Below are positions 37,948 through 51,901 of a stretch of 64,000 bases of DNA, piece by piece (the first letter of the stretch is position 1; each line of letters opens with the position of its first letter). Origin of the DNA: Chrysomallon squamiferum (Eukaryota; Animalia; Mollusca); the NCBI GenBank assembly GCA_012295275.1, contig CM022671.1:16430001-16494000 (forward strand), given 5' to 3'. The notes under the pieces were generated by a model. The model did not search any database and had not been told where the DNA came from. It saw only the letters and a program-made list of their open reading frames with translations. Both the position numbers and the translations under genes were made by a program.

Positions 37948-39474
37948 TTTCAAGCTATGTAATTAATTCAGTGTTCAACGTCACAGACTCTACAAGACTA
38001 ACACCATCCTAATTAGTGAGAATGGCCAACACTATTTTAATCTCAAACCTATTGTAATAACAAGTGTAGTCAACACCACTCTGATCACAAATACAGTGAA
38101 CGGGTTCAGTGAAAAGTTGACTGAGTCCAGCGGGTTAATCAGTGTAATAAACACTACGTCTGGATGTAGTAATCTGCAAGCGAGGTGCAAGTTGTCGCAT
38201 AACAAAGCAAGGCAAGAAGTGTATTTCTGAAAAGACTGCACCTCGTGCAGTGTTGAGAACATATGTACAAAACGTAATTTTCTGTAGTGGTACAAAACCG
38301 TATTAATTATAACTTAATCTGGAAGACTGACTCTCTCAATGACAATTTCTAAAGATCTGGAAAGTTTAACACTTTAACACTTACAGTCAATGGGCATCTC
38401 CTTATTTCTCATAAACCATAAAGCTTGGTGTTGACTTGTTAACACATAATATATATATTTGCAAAACGAGATAGTCTTTCAGTTATATCTAAATTACTAA
38501 AACCACAGATTTCATATCCCCAGATAATAATATTGGTTTTACAATCTTGTCAAACAAATCTGACAGTCGACTTATAAAATAAATTTTCTACATTTTTTTT
38601 TTTTTAATACAGCAAACATTGACAGTGTACCTAACTTTGTAAACCATCTTCTGTTCCCGCTAATAGTACAAGTATCATCAGCACATACCAACACAAATAA
38701 CTTAAGACATCAATATGTTTTGCAAGAATATCTGTTACTGACTGAATACGTTACAGTATCCTGTGTCTAAACAGTTTGCTAAATCATTTCAATATAACGA
38801 AAATAAAACAGGTGATACTTTTTTCCCCTTACGTTCAGTATTCGATGATGACGTCGACGCACTCAAAGGCTTTCCGAGCTTCACGTCGTCGTGAAGAACC
38901 ATTAGTTTGCTGTGGTCGCCATCGCTGATGGGCAGGTGCATCACTTGTTGAACACATTTTGAAAGTTAATCGATCTCACGTAATTAATATCCTTCAGTAA
39001 ATAAATCTCCCGTGTTTGAATGTCGTTCAGTGCACTTTCATTTTCGTGAACAGGACTCGTGTTCATGACATTTTCCCCATGTATGTTTATTTTCGTGTTA
39101 ATATTCCTTTCTGAAAAAGAAAAAAACCTTTAAAAAAAACCCACACAAATGTTACTATTTGAATTATTTGTTTCTTTGGCGACACCCTCGACGCCTAAAA
39201 AATGGCTTTTTCCGTGCGATTCAATAAAAGTTCAGAACATTATCTTCATACGACATAATGTGATTGTCTTAGCAAGTAAATCCGATGACATGCGAAAATA
39301 TATTTCAACGTTTTACTGAGCTTTGTTGTGTAGCTCCTGAAACTTACAACACCCACCCACACCTCCCCACTCCATTCCACACCATTATTCGTGGCTCGTT
39401 CGACTTCTTTTCGAGTGTCTAGTGGCCCTTTTCTTTCCTTGAGTTTGAGACTCCTGAACTACGCTATTGTATTC

Positions 39475-39880
39475 ATCAAACATAGTCAACTATTGTAATC
39501 AACAAATACGGTCAACTCTACTGAATTCACAAGTATAGTCAGTCCTGTCGCAATCACTAAGTACAGTCAGTACTGGTGTAATCACTAAGTATAGTCAGCA
39601 CTGTAGTAATCATTAAGCAAAGTCAGCACTGTTGCAGCCGCTAAGTATAGTCAGCACTGTTGTAATCACTAAGTATAGTCAGTACTTGTGTTATCACTAA
39701 GTACAGTCAGCACTGTTGTAATCACTAAGTATAGTCAGTACTTGTGTTATCACTAAGTACAGTCAGCACTGTTGTAATCACTAAGTATAGTCAGAACTGG
39801 TGTAATCACTAAGTATAGTCAGTCTGGTGTAGTCACTAAGTATAGTCATTACTGTTGTAATCATTAATTATAGTCAACGC
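39475..39880. repeat. 28-bp minisatellite, about 14 copies (TCACTAAGTATAGTCAGCACTGTTGTAA)
   Basis: Read directly; homogeneous centre with degenerate edges. Confidence 0.92.
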
Positions 39881-41129
39881 TGGCATATAGATTCAGATCA
39901 TATCACATAAGACTGAGCATATGATTTTTTTTTTTTCATTCATTTTTCTTTATATTTATTTATTTATTTATTTATTTTTGCTATTGCAATATATTAAACA
40001 GGAAGATAATCAGAGTTAAGGATTCTCAAATGCATTTCTTTAAAAGACAGGGATCCACATTCAACACATTTTTTAAACTAATTATGTAAGAGCGGCGGCA
40101 GTAGGAAGCAAACTATTGGCGCACAGAGGAGCCCAGTCATCGATTATTCTTTATCAGTAAAGACAAAAAAAAATAACAAACGACTTAGCAAAACTGCAGG
40201 GGAAATATATAGGAAAAAAAGAAAACTAAAAGAAAATTAAATTGATCCCTTTTAAGATAATCTATACCGGACATTTTACCAAAAAAAAAAAAAAAAAAAA
40301 AAAAAAAGACAAAAAAATAAAAAATAATAATTATTCTGCTAATTTATTGATGAATTAGTACAAACGGTATCTTTGTTTTTTATTATTAGTTATACTTATT
40401 TAATATACACTTTTGTTTTACGAAATGCAGATTTAAAAAATAAATAATTAAAAATAATAGTTTGTTTATAAAAGAAAAAGAATATTAATTTGAAACTTGA
40501 AAATTCTAGATATTAAATAAATAAATAAACAAACAAAGAAAAAATAAAAGAATGAAAGAAATAAATATCAGATCTTTAATTTTGTTCCAATTGATTCCAA
40601 AGTTTTTAACCTTTTATTTAAAAAAAAAAAAACAACAACAACAAACCACATAAATGAATTTTTCCTGGAATTGAAAGAAACAAAAACTACAATAGCTCTA
40701 GAGATATTTAAATCAGTGCATTAGGATGGCACGAAATCGAACGTTTTAACGGAATCAACCAGAATATCTTAGATTTTAAAAACATGAGAAAGCAATAAGA
40801 GTTTTAGTTTAAAAACCCACCCCCGCAAAAAAACATTTAAAAAAAAAATAAAACATATTCCGTGATGGAAATTTCGCAAATTTAAATACTCGCTATGTTT
40901 GCATCAACAGTTAATTTATTTAACATTTCGTGTACAGTCTAGGGCTGATTTAATTCATTCACTGGCAAAACATTTTAACATTTGAATTCTCAAAAAAAAT
41001 AAATAAAGGTCACGTGAAAAATAAACTGTGCTAATAATAAAGTAAAGTAATAAAATAACTTGTTAGAGTAATGGCTCACTGAAATCCTATTTATAACGAT
41101 CATCCAACTGGAAGGTTTTTATTCTGGGA

Positions 41130-42150
41130 CTGACTGTACTTTAACATTCGACGATAATACATTATCAGTCGTGTTATTAGTCGACTCTACCTAATCATTA
41201 GATTCATTATACAATATCAGTCGACTGGGTTTTTTTTTTTCAGTAGAGTATACATTACAGACTATACTTTTTCGGTAGACAGTTTGTTATTAGAAGACAG
41301 ATAACATTTAGTCGACTGTACGTCATATACTGACCATACGTTATCAGCAGAGTATATGTTACAAGTAGACTGACTGTATGGTACTAATGGACTGACCATA
41401 CGTTATCAGCAGAGTATATGTTACAAGTAGACTGACTGTATGGTACTAATGGACTGACTATACGTTATCAGTAATCTGTACGTTATCACTCGACTATAGG
41501 TTATAAGCAGATATGAGTCTACGATTTGTTATTGGAAAACTATATATTATTATTCGATTATAGTCACTATACCTTACATTAAATTAGATGCTGACTGAAT
41601 GTTAAAAGTAGACTGATTATATATTATTGTCGAATCTGTGTGACCAGCCGACCATACGTTATCTGTAGACTGATAACGTATTCGTCTGTACGTTACAGGC
41701 TGATTATGTGTTATACATGGACTATACATTATCAATAGACTATACATTACAAGCAGACTATTTTTTCAGTAGACTTTACGTTACCAGTAGACTGAGTGTT
41801 CGTTACCAGAAGATTATACGTTATCAGTAGACTGTTTCTTCGAAGTAGACTCTACGTTAGCAGTCACGTTTACTTTACCAGTAGGTTCACTATTCGATCA
41901 TATACAACAAAACGTTATCAACAGACTGTATGTTCCCAATAGACTATACATCATCAGCAGAATTATACGTTATTAAAAGACTATGCGCTACAAATAGACT
42001 ATACGTTACAGCAGGCCGTTAACATTCGACAAAACATGATCAGTTGATTGATTGATTATACGTTATCAGAAGACTTTTGCCAGTAGACTATTTACTAGCA
42101 GTGCGCTGTACGTTATCAGTCGACTGGTGACTATCAGATAACAAATAGAC
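41130..42150. repeat. Old degenerate ~18-bp minisatellite (AGACTATACGTTATCAGT) with a recent ~62-bp internal duplication (41330-41470)
   Basis: GACTATAC/GTTATCAG motifs recur across about 1 kb. Confidence 0.8.
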
Positions 42151-42437
42151 TCGTGCTTGCGACTTTGTGCTGCAATAATGACTTATTTGTTGTCAGCATC
42201 CTTGAATAAATTCTGTTAAGAATCTTTTGCAGCTTTGTTATTACTGTTGCCTTATAAATTAATTTCGTAAAGCGATTCATTTGTTATCCGTGAACGATTT
42301 TTATTGGAATAAACAGATGAATAAGTGAAGGGATGTTTTACTCCGCGACATTTCTGTGTATTAACAGTTAACAGATTTAAAGCTTATTTATTTATTTATT
42401 TATTTTTTTATTTATTTATTTATTTTATTTTATTTTT

Positions 42438-42497
<60 letters not shown>

Positions 42498-43869
42498 GTT
42501 ATTATTATTATTTTGTCAGCATTTTTTTATTTTATTTTTGACATCGTTCACTTTTGTTATCAGTGATAGTATAGTCCATTGTTAACTATTAACAACTTGA
42601 GATCTTTTTGTAGACATCTCAAAAACGTAAGTGTAAAGCGTAATCCGTGAAAAAAATCCAGTCTTTTCTGGAGATGTTTTCTTTCGTAAAACGGCAGGTG
42701 GTGTTTGAGATGATTGAACGTTTGGAGAAAACTAAGAGTGATATCAAATAGAGCCGCTAACTAAGTACAGAGCTCCAACATTCACTGATAGTTTTGCTGT
42801 AAATACTACCTGTCGAGAAGGTCTCGTTATTCGTCCAGAACCTTTTCTTCTTTTTCTTTTTCTTTTTTTGCAAAAATAAGAAATTATTAAAAAAAAGTAG
42901 TTGTTTTGCAGTCAAAAATTTGTTTTATTAACAAGTTCTTTTCAATCTTAATACATAATTATGTGTAAATATCTATTTACTTGCTTGCTTGCTTAGTTAC
43001 TTATTTATTTATTTATCTACTTACTTACTTAATTAATAACTTATTTTATGACAGTTTTCGTGTAGATGCAAATTAAAAGTTACCAAAACTCTTATTCACG
43101 GCCATTTCAAATATTACTAAATATGCAAGACAAGATTTGTCACATTGGATTAAAGTTCGAGAATTTCTTCACTTTAATGGAATGTGGATCTTTAAACTGA
43201 ACCCAGCACAGGTTATTTTATTATGAGTGAAGTCGTGGAAGATTTTTAAAAAGCGTCTGAAGATACATTTACAAATCTAATTTAGAAACAATAAATATAA
43301 TAAGATCATTCGAAGGGTGAAAGAGATCGAAGAAGCATAAGAAATAAATAATTCCCTATGATGATGGCTTTTTGAAAAAGTGTTTAGCAAGTATAATAAG
43401 ATCGATCCAAATGATATATTAAATAAGAATAACGATGTTGAGTCTAGTGCAGATTTAGATGAGCTATTGTTATCTTTGATTATTTATAGATATTTGTAAC
43501 ATAGCACATGATTTTAAAAAAAACATTAAAAAAAAAAAACATTTTTTGCAGTTTTATTGACCAAAACAACAATAAAAAAAAAAAACGTATAAACAAATGT
43601 AGTATCCAAGTGTATGACGATGAAAACAATAAAAACACAGTGTCATATCTCTGACGTTTGTACATAGGTAACTATATATATAATTGGTTTAAAATATAAG
43701 ATTTACAAGAGTATTATATTTAAACTCTGTTTCTCTCCTTCAGATTATTATTATTTATATAACATATTTCACACCCACACATACTTACACATATTCATAA
43801 ACACAGATGCGCGCATGAACATGCAAACAAAGACATAGTCATAGACACACACACAGAAACACATACAAC

Positions 43870-43902
<33 letters not shown>

Positions 43903-44065
43903 CACAAATGTTTTTGAAAGAGAATAGTTATGAAAATTATATTTTCTTTTTAAAATCTATTCAAGGCCTTTCTTTTTTGTTAAACTGTACAACTCGAAAT
44001 CATGGAATTTAAATATTATAATAAATGTCACAATAATTTCATATCTCTTCGAAACATTTCACCAT

Positions 44066-45233
44066 TCAGTTGGAAATATCTAGCTGCACGTTATTTCGTT
44101 TTGATTCACATCTCTGAAGTGACGTCATTGAAGTCCTGTTCACTTCCGACCGCCATCTTTCGTGACCTTGAAAACCTTTTTTCCGTCGACACAGATTTCT
44201 GACAAGTAAACTGAGCGATTTCTTGAAGTGTTTTCCGTAAATAGCGTAGAGAAAAAAGTTAACACTGAATGTGGAGTAATAGAGGAGCTGAACTATTTCT
44301 TGAATCAGTCGCTTTGTTAGCGACGAATAGTTCTGCTGTGACGTAGAAAACAGCTGCTCTAGCCGTGTCACGTGACTGGGCAAATTCAGAACAAGAAAGG
44401 TTGTCGAAACCAGCAGTAACGTTCTTGTGATCCTTCGCTGGGACTTATTTTTCAGCGCGTAGTCTTTTTGCCGTTTGCTCGCCTGAACCATTTTCTCCCT
44501 TTTCTTCTGGTATCGAAAGACGTTCCAGACAATTCTGACGTTCATGAACACTATGAGAACGAAAGGGAAGGATCATGGTCAGTATGGTGTCGAGCCACGT
44601 GATGACGTACATAATCCTGCCGATCGAGTGGATCATCGAACACGTCTTCCTGGCCGGGTATTCAGAGACGTCGATTGTCCAGAACGCGAAGCTGTATATC
44701 AAACACGCCAGCAGAGCGTAAAACACGATGACGACTTTCTCCCTCAGCTTGGAGAAGATCACGGGAGCGTGCAGCGGGTGACAAATGGCGATGTAGCGTT
44801 CACCGGTGAAACAGACGACGTACCACACTGAAAGGAAACTCGAAATGTACGTCACGTAGATGATGAAGCTGCAGCTCTCTCTGTTGACGAGAATGGGGAT
44901 TATGTCGTCTAGCCAGGTGACGAACAAAGAGAGCAGGAAGAGATTATCGGCGCACGCCAGGCTGGCCAGGTAGCCGCTGGACGACACGTGACGCAAATGA
45001 CTCATGGAGAACACGGCCAGAGACACGAAGTTTCCGGTCAGCCCTATGAGAGCGATCGACGGAACGTATATGTTTCTGGCGATCATTAAAGCGTAAACGA
45101 AATCCACGCTGTTCAAACGTTCTTCCGAGAGAACGACGGATGCGTTGTCGTCTGTTAGGGTGAGGCCGTCCGAGTAGTGGGTGGTTAAGTCCTGCGAATC
45201 ACCCAGCGAAGGCGTTGACGTCGTTAAATCCAT
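44066..45233 (-). CDS. Second class A peptide GPCR (paralog of 30017-31051), ~388 aa if repaired; 1-nt frameshift in TM5
   Basis: ORF 44445..45233 gives TM1-5 (GLTGN, LACAD, FLSVWYVVCFTGERYIAICHPL) and ORF 44066..44551 gives TM5-7 (TRTLLLVSTTFLVLNLPSH, SVNFFLY). Removing one base from CCCTTTC (about 44561-44567) restores MILPFVLIVFMNVRI. Acceptor ttttccag| lies at 45238/45237, 4 nt before the ATG. Confidence 0.9.
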
Positions 45234-48028
45234 TGTTCTGGAAAATAAAATGTCAATAATTATAAATAAAAATATTTTTTTTTTTTGTCAGGTACAAGAC
45301 ATTTAGATTTAAAAGAGGAAATTTTAAATTACGATATTAAGATCATTTACGCAATAACAAAGTGACATATATACGTTAATGTTTAAATTACGTCATTTCA
45401 TTTGTCCTTATTGTCCCATTTCGCGAGTTATTTTATGTAATGAATCTTAAAAATCCCCGCGTCTCCAATTCGGCTCCATATTTTTTAATTTTTTTTAAAT
45501 CGCATAACTAGTATTATATTAATCTTACAGCTTCAAAAGCGCCACATTTATTGAGATATTAAAATTTTTAAGAAAATATTTACAAAAAAAATATTTCCGG
45601 ACTTATATCCATTTCACTGCTAAATAGAGTGGAGATTTTAGAAGTAGATCATTAAGCATCCGGTCGACTTTATTTAAATTACCCAGCGTTCATATTCAGT
45701 GCCATGCTGTCGGGCTTGATTTAAACCTTAAAATACGATCGTTTTGGAAATAATTATTTTATTTTTTATTTTTCATTTTGTTTAATTTTTTTCTGTTGGG
45801 TTTGTACTTAATTCAGAATTTTAAGTGCTTTAATTAGTTCAGCAAATGTATTTTTTAATGTGCCTCAGGCAGTTAGCCGTTAATAAAGCATCATTTGATT
45901 TCAATCTTGTTTTGTTTTTTTCCTTTTTCCTTATTTTTATTTTTATTTGTTTTTATTATTATTATTTTTTTTTTTTTTAATTATCTGAAATGTGTACTTC
46001 GTTTTTTCGAAGTATTTATAATAGATGTTAATCGTATATTTTCCTTCTTCGTGAAAACCGCTATTTGTGTGCTCTTGCGATAAAGGAAGAATTACCTACC
46101 AACAATAATTTAACAAAACATTCAAGCTTAAGTTTACTTTTTAAATTGGCGGAATAGGCTGAAAATACTCGAAAGATACCACTTTTAAAAACTTATTAAA
46201 GCGTGTTTTTGTTTGTATGTTTGTTTTAAAGCTTTACAAAACACTTAATATCATAACTAAATAAAGTACATTTATTAAATTATAATTTTTCCCGTGACTG
46301 AAATCAGCGGAGATGAATCATTTATCTGCGGGTTTAACAGCCGATCATTTACATTTCAACGAATCTAAAGAATAGATATCAGTGACCATAAAAATAATTA
46401 TTTCATTAATTAATCTCAAATAATGAAACAAGTAATACAACCATCAATGATTTTTGTAAGAAAACTGTAAACTTTACTTCATATGACTAATTCTAACTGG
46501 GTAGTATCAGTTACGTTTTTTAAAATAAAGAATAACCGTAAATCTTTGGCACATAAATTATTTTAGGAAAATATGTAAAACAGTTCTCTGGAAACACGCC
46601 TGAACTCTAAACATGATCTTCCATCTGTCAGCTTCAAACAGAATAATCCTTTAAATTTTTTTTTTTTTTTTTTAGTTGGGGGTCAGAATAGAAGCGGGTC
46701 ACATAATTAATTATAATCAGCCTAACCCGATATCGTCCTGATTAATTTAAAACAATTTACTGTAGACATAAATTTTTACTTAATTCAAAAGGAAAGAGAC
46801 ACATGTTACGTATTAAAGATAAGACATCCAAGTAAATACTTAACTGATACGGATTTTAATGTAAAATGTTAATTACAAAAATGAAAAAGCATTAAATGAC
46901 CTGCAGATTGCAGTTTTCAGTCACTGTAAACGTTTTTCTTATAATTACGTATATCGAATTGTTCCGTGGCTTGTTCGCCAGATCTTTGAGACACGATTCT
47001 AAACTTGTTTATTCATGCGGTCATTTCTATTCAACGTACATTTGGGAAATTTTACAGTTTCAGGCTGTACCACACCAAGTATTTGATTTTTCTGTCTATG
47101 AAAATGTGCATAGAAAACAATGCCTTTTATTATCAGATACTAGTAGCCAGATGTCCTGGCTTCTTCTGTAATATCATCTTTGTATGGGCAGACATGTTAG
47201 ATAGGAAACAAGTGTTAGCAGTAAAATTTGTTATGATTTCGTTATTCAAATGTTTATTTAGTCGCTCTTTTCTCCGTAAGGCCATAGCAGTTTTATTTAG
47301 AAAGGAATTTGAAAAGCAGTAGCAACAAAAGCAACCCTAAACGTATAAATTAATCATTTTGTTACAGACATAAATAGACGTGCTTATAAGTCAATAATCT
47401 GGTGTATAAAATATTTGTGAATACTTAAATGTTCGGAACAGAAATTTTAAAATAATACTTTCCTTCCAGAGATTTACATTTTTAAGAGAAATGTCGAAAC
47501 TGCAGCTTTAAAATTAGGAAAGAATATTAGCTGTATACAGTAAAAAAAAAACAAGTTTAACGCAGTTTTGGTTAAAACCCGAAGAGTTTTTCAAACACAT
47601 TTAGTTTTCTTGTATTTTTTTTGTTTTTTTCTTCACTTTTCGCTCTTTGCACCAATGAATACATTTTTTTGTTGATTTAATTTTGTGTTTTCTTTTCTTA
47701 TTTTTGGAAAGATCAGAACGGAGCAAACTCTGAGGAAAAGAAACTATTATTTCTTTTTCTGCGAATGACAGATTCATTCATTTGCCGCGATCGAAATTGG
47801 AGTTGATTTGTGTTTTGGTTTCAACTTTACTCTAACAATAGCGATTAATTCGCGGAGTTCTTAAATCTTTTTAAGAGAGAATGTGAAATAGAATGGGTGC
47901 TTGTGTGTACGTGAAAGAGAGAGAGAGAAATAAAGACAGAATGAGAAAAAGAGAGTGAATTTGAGAGGGAAATAAAGATAATGTGAAATGGAATGTGTTT
48001 TGTGTGTATGTAAGAGAGAGAGAACGAG

Positions 48029-48030
<2 letters not shown>

Positions 48031-48107
<77 letters not shown>
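48031..48107. repeat. (GA)n microsatellite
   Basis: Read directly. Confidence 0.97.
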
Positions 48108-48109
<2 letters not shown>

Positions 48110-50314
48110 AAACATCTCCTGTCTCGTTGATGAGGGAGATGAACACGAAACCCTGTTGAGCCTTCTTCTCAGTAAACAATACATTATTAGTGTGAGTTTC
48201 CAAACTCTCTGCCAATTACACACCTAAATGTAATTATACTGTTATACCCATTAACTAATGACATAGTTGGGTTTTTTTTTTTCTCTCCTTGTTATCCGCC
48301 AATCAGCAAGTAAATTTAATAATGTACGATTTGCCTTGATATTCGCGAAAATTCTTAATGGTTAATTTAATATACAATCCTGCGTGTTTCAACCCAGGGA
48401 TTGCACAAAACTGACATGTCGGTTCTCTGTTGGCCACAAAAAGAATGAAACAAATAAAACAAAGAATTCTGATTCTTATTCAACTTTTTACATACTTAAA
48501 TCATATAATTTTGAAGCATAAATCTGATTTATTTCAGTAAACATACACTTGTGGAGATTCTAACAGAATTGCAGAGTGTAGATAATAGCTTGATTGTAGT
48601 GATTATTTGAGAGACATCGTTCATTACATTTTATTTATATATATATATTTTTTTTAATGGTTTTTTTTTTTAATGGTATTTTTTTTTTAATGGTTTTTTT
48701 TTAATGGTATTTTTTTTTTTATTATTCTTATTTGGCAAATATTCAGAAACTTTTTTCTTATCTGACAATAACCATACATCATGCTACTACATTTTTTTCT
48801 TTATTTTTTTTTAAAATAATGTAGTATGTTTTTGTTTCTTTCTTCTTATTCGACAAATATATTCAAATTGCGTTTTTCATATTCGACAGAAATAATAGAA
48901 TGTTTTTGTCGTTGTCGCGGTTTTTGGTGGGGTTTTTCGGATACTTATTTGGCAGAAATATTCAACTATATATGTACATATTTTATGTATATATTTATAT
49001 GTATATATTTTACGTATGTATACATACAGCACACATACACAAACACGACAGAAATAATGCTTAGTTTTATTAATAATTATTTCAGAGAAGTACGCCACAG
49101 TACCAGCATTCTTCTTTCAAAGTCAATTTAAAAAAACTACGGCAGCTTTTCTCTCAAGCTCTTACTTCAGAAGGTCATGGCGGCGGTGGTTTTTTTTTTT
49201 TTTTTTAGCGCTAAGTAGCGAAATAAGCTTCTTTCTGAAAGTTGACGGTGAAATGTGGTGAGGCTTTTATCCACAGATTTCCTAAACAGGGAATCGAGAA
49301 ATTTGCTTATGTCGGCTGGACGACAATGAAAGAAAATAAATTGAATAAAGAATTCTCATTCATATTCAGTGTTTTGCCTGCTTCAAATCCATTACCTTAA
49401 ACCACTTTTTTCATAATGTATTTCCATTACAACGAATGAATGATAAGAAAACAGTCAGAGGTTATATTATTAATAGTTAGACATCACAATTCATTGTGAT
49501 AACTGTCGGGTAAATTAAAAATTCATTGTTCTTATGCAAAAAAACAAATAAAAAATAAAAAATAAATAAATGATATTAAAGATTATATTTAAAATCAACA
49601 TGAAACTGTTTTTACGGATTTTTAAACAAATACCATCTGGTATGACACGGGTATCAGATTACCGATAAAATACAATTTATAGCCGAAGTGCAGCATGATC
49701 TGAAATCCATTGTTCTTATATTAATATGCTGTTAAACATTATAATTAAAGCAAATATGAAATGCAATGCTGACAGAACTCTTAACTAATATCAGTTCTTC
49801 GGACACGGGATAAGGTTACATACTGAAAATATTTTATTAAACATGTTTCACTGGATATATAAGTATCTGGTCGGACAACACGACAATGATTTTTCTGGGA
49901 TTTGAAACCGCAATAAAACAGAAAATTATTTCAATTCTCATTACAAGGACTAATAAGATCTGCCTTTATATAGGAAGCTATCATTACTAGTCAGAATAAG
50001 CGATGTTTTTTTTTTTTTTTTTTTTTTTTATAGTACTTTGTAATTTCAATCAAGTATTTAATGTACTAAAGCGACCGGTGAAAAAAATAATATTAATAAA
50101 AAAATCATTTCCGTGAACTATATGTCTATCATTATTTGTAACAATATATGAATATACAACATAATGTTCATCAGTTGAGACCACATCCACTCATACTACT
50201 ATGATACAGGTAAAACCCAATATGCAAAAATGTATGCGCTCACAAGAATATAATTCACTTCCAAAATAGAAACATATTTATATTAATATTTGAATTTTTT
50301 AAAAATAAAATTGT

Positions 50315-50366
<52 letters not shown>

Positions 50367-51183
50367 GGTGTGGGTGTGTGTGTGTGTGGGTGGGTGATGA
50401 TATATATTTCTGACGTTTGTTTGTTCTTTTGTTTTCTTCTTTTTAAACATTTACAAAGAGTCAGTAAACAAACTAAGAACTAAACACGTACTGAACTTCC
50501 ACTGATCAAACAAAAAATATATATAATAATAATAATAATAATAAAATAAAAATAAAATAATGATAATAATAATTATAAATTATTGAAATATTAATTACAA
50601 ATAACCTATGGTCCGATTTATTTCTGACAAAAATGTTTCTGTTATTTTATTCCCAGGCCTGAAACAGCCTACGATTTGTGAGCTGTAGATAAAAAGTTGT
50701 GAGTTTATACACTCATTACAAACAAATCGATAGATATTAGTAAAAATACCTTCATAGCCATAGCCATCATTAAGTTATTTTATTTCACAAATCTTTACAT
50801 ATTATCGAAATAAAATAAAATATATAAAAATAAAAAATAAAAAATACAAATTCTACCTCTGTAAATCGTTGTTTAATTTAATTTAATTTAATTTTAATTT
50901 AATTTAATTTTATTTTATTTTATTTGTTTGTTTGTTGTTTTGGGGTTTTTTTTCTGTTAAAACAATGAAACCTAACATTTGAATTGCATTGATTTATCAT
51001 ATGATTGCATCATATTTTTTTAAGGTTGTAAATTATTTTTATTATAATACTAGTAATAGTAACGTCTACGACAACCTCAAAATAATCATAATGATTATGA
51101 CTACAACGATAACGATGACAAAAATGACGACTATATAATAATGATGATTATGATGATGATGATGATGATAAATAAAAACTTAC

Positions 51184-51901
51184 CTAACTACAAGAGAAGA
51201 CAAAAAATGATAGTACTTTCTTCACAACTGATGCTCACTTCGGTCTGAAGCTGAATTGATTCTACTACTGCGAGGCATCTCATTAAGTCTAACTAGTTAC
51301 TCGCTCCAAGCTTGATTCATTGGCTCCACAAATGACGTACTGGAAACACGCGCCCGATAAAGCGACCTCCGTGTTGATCCTGTAAGAAAACTACAAAACC
51401 GTGGATAAATACGACATTACCACTGACAGCAAAGCAAGCCGTATAACTTACATCAAAACTGTCGACACCGGTATCTGTATTGCTAACGCAAACAAGCAAA
51501 AATCCATTTCCGATATCTTTGTTTGTTTTTCCCAAAGTAGCCCTGCACTATTAATGTTCCGTCTTAAGTGTATTTAGTTTGAGAGTCTTTCTCTTTAAGT
51601 CCAAATGCTTTGCGTGTGCGCTGAAAACCAAATCGCGGGTCTGCTGTTCTGACCTTTTCAGCGGAATTCTGTCGATGCGCTCTTTGTCGTAGCAAAATTG
51701 TTCTGGGATCGGACTGAAACATTACAGAACTCCGCGATTTGTTATTCTCCTCACTGAAATTTGTGGCTTTTTCGATTTTTCAATTAGTTCTCTCTTCCCG
51801 ATTTGGTAACCTACTGAAAGGTCTGATTGTGTTCTTGAACGATTGTAAATTACGGTTTTTGTGTTCCGTCTCAGACCAGAAAGATTTATTTAACATGTAG
51901 T
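51184..51901 (-). other. Putative long non-coding 5' UTR exon of the minus-strand GPCR
   Basis: Acceptor tttttcattctttcag| at 51902/51901 and consensus donor TAG|GTAAGT at 51184/51183. The sequence is complex and CpG-richer than its flanks, and only short ORFs are present. Confidence 0.5.
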
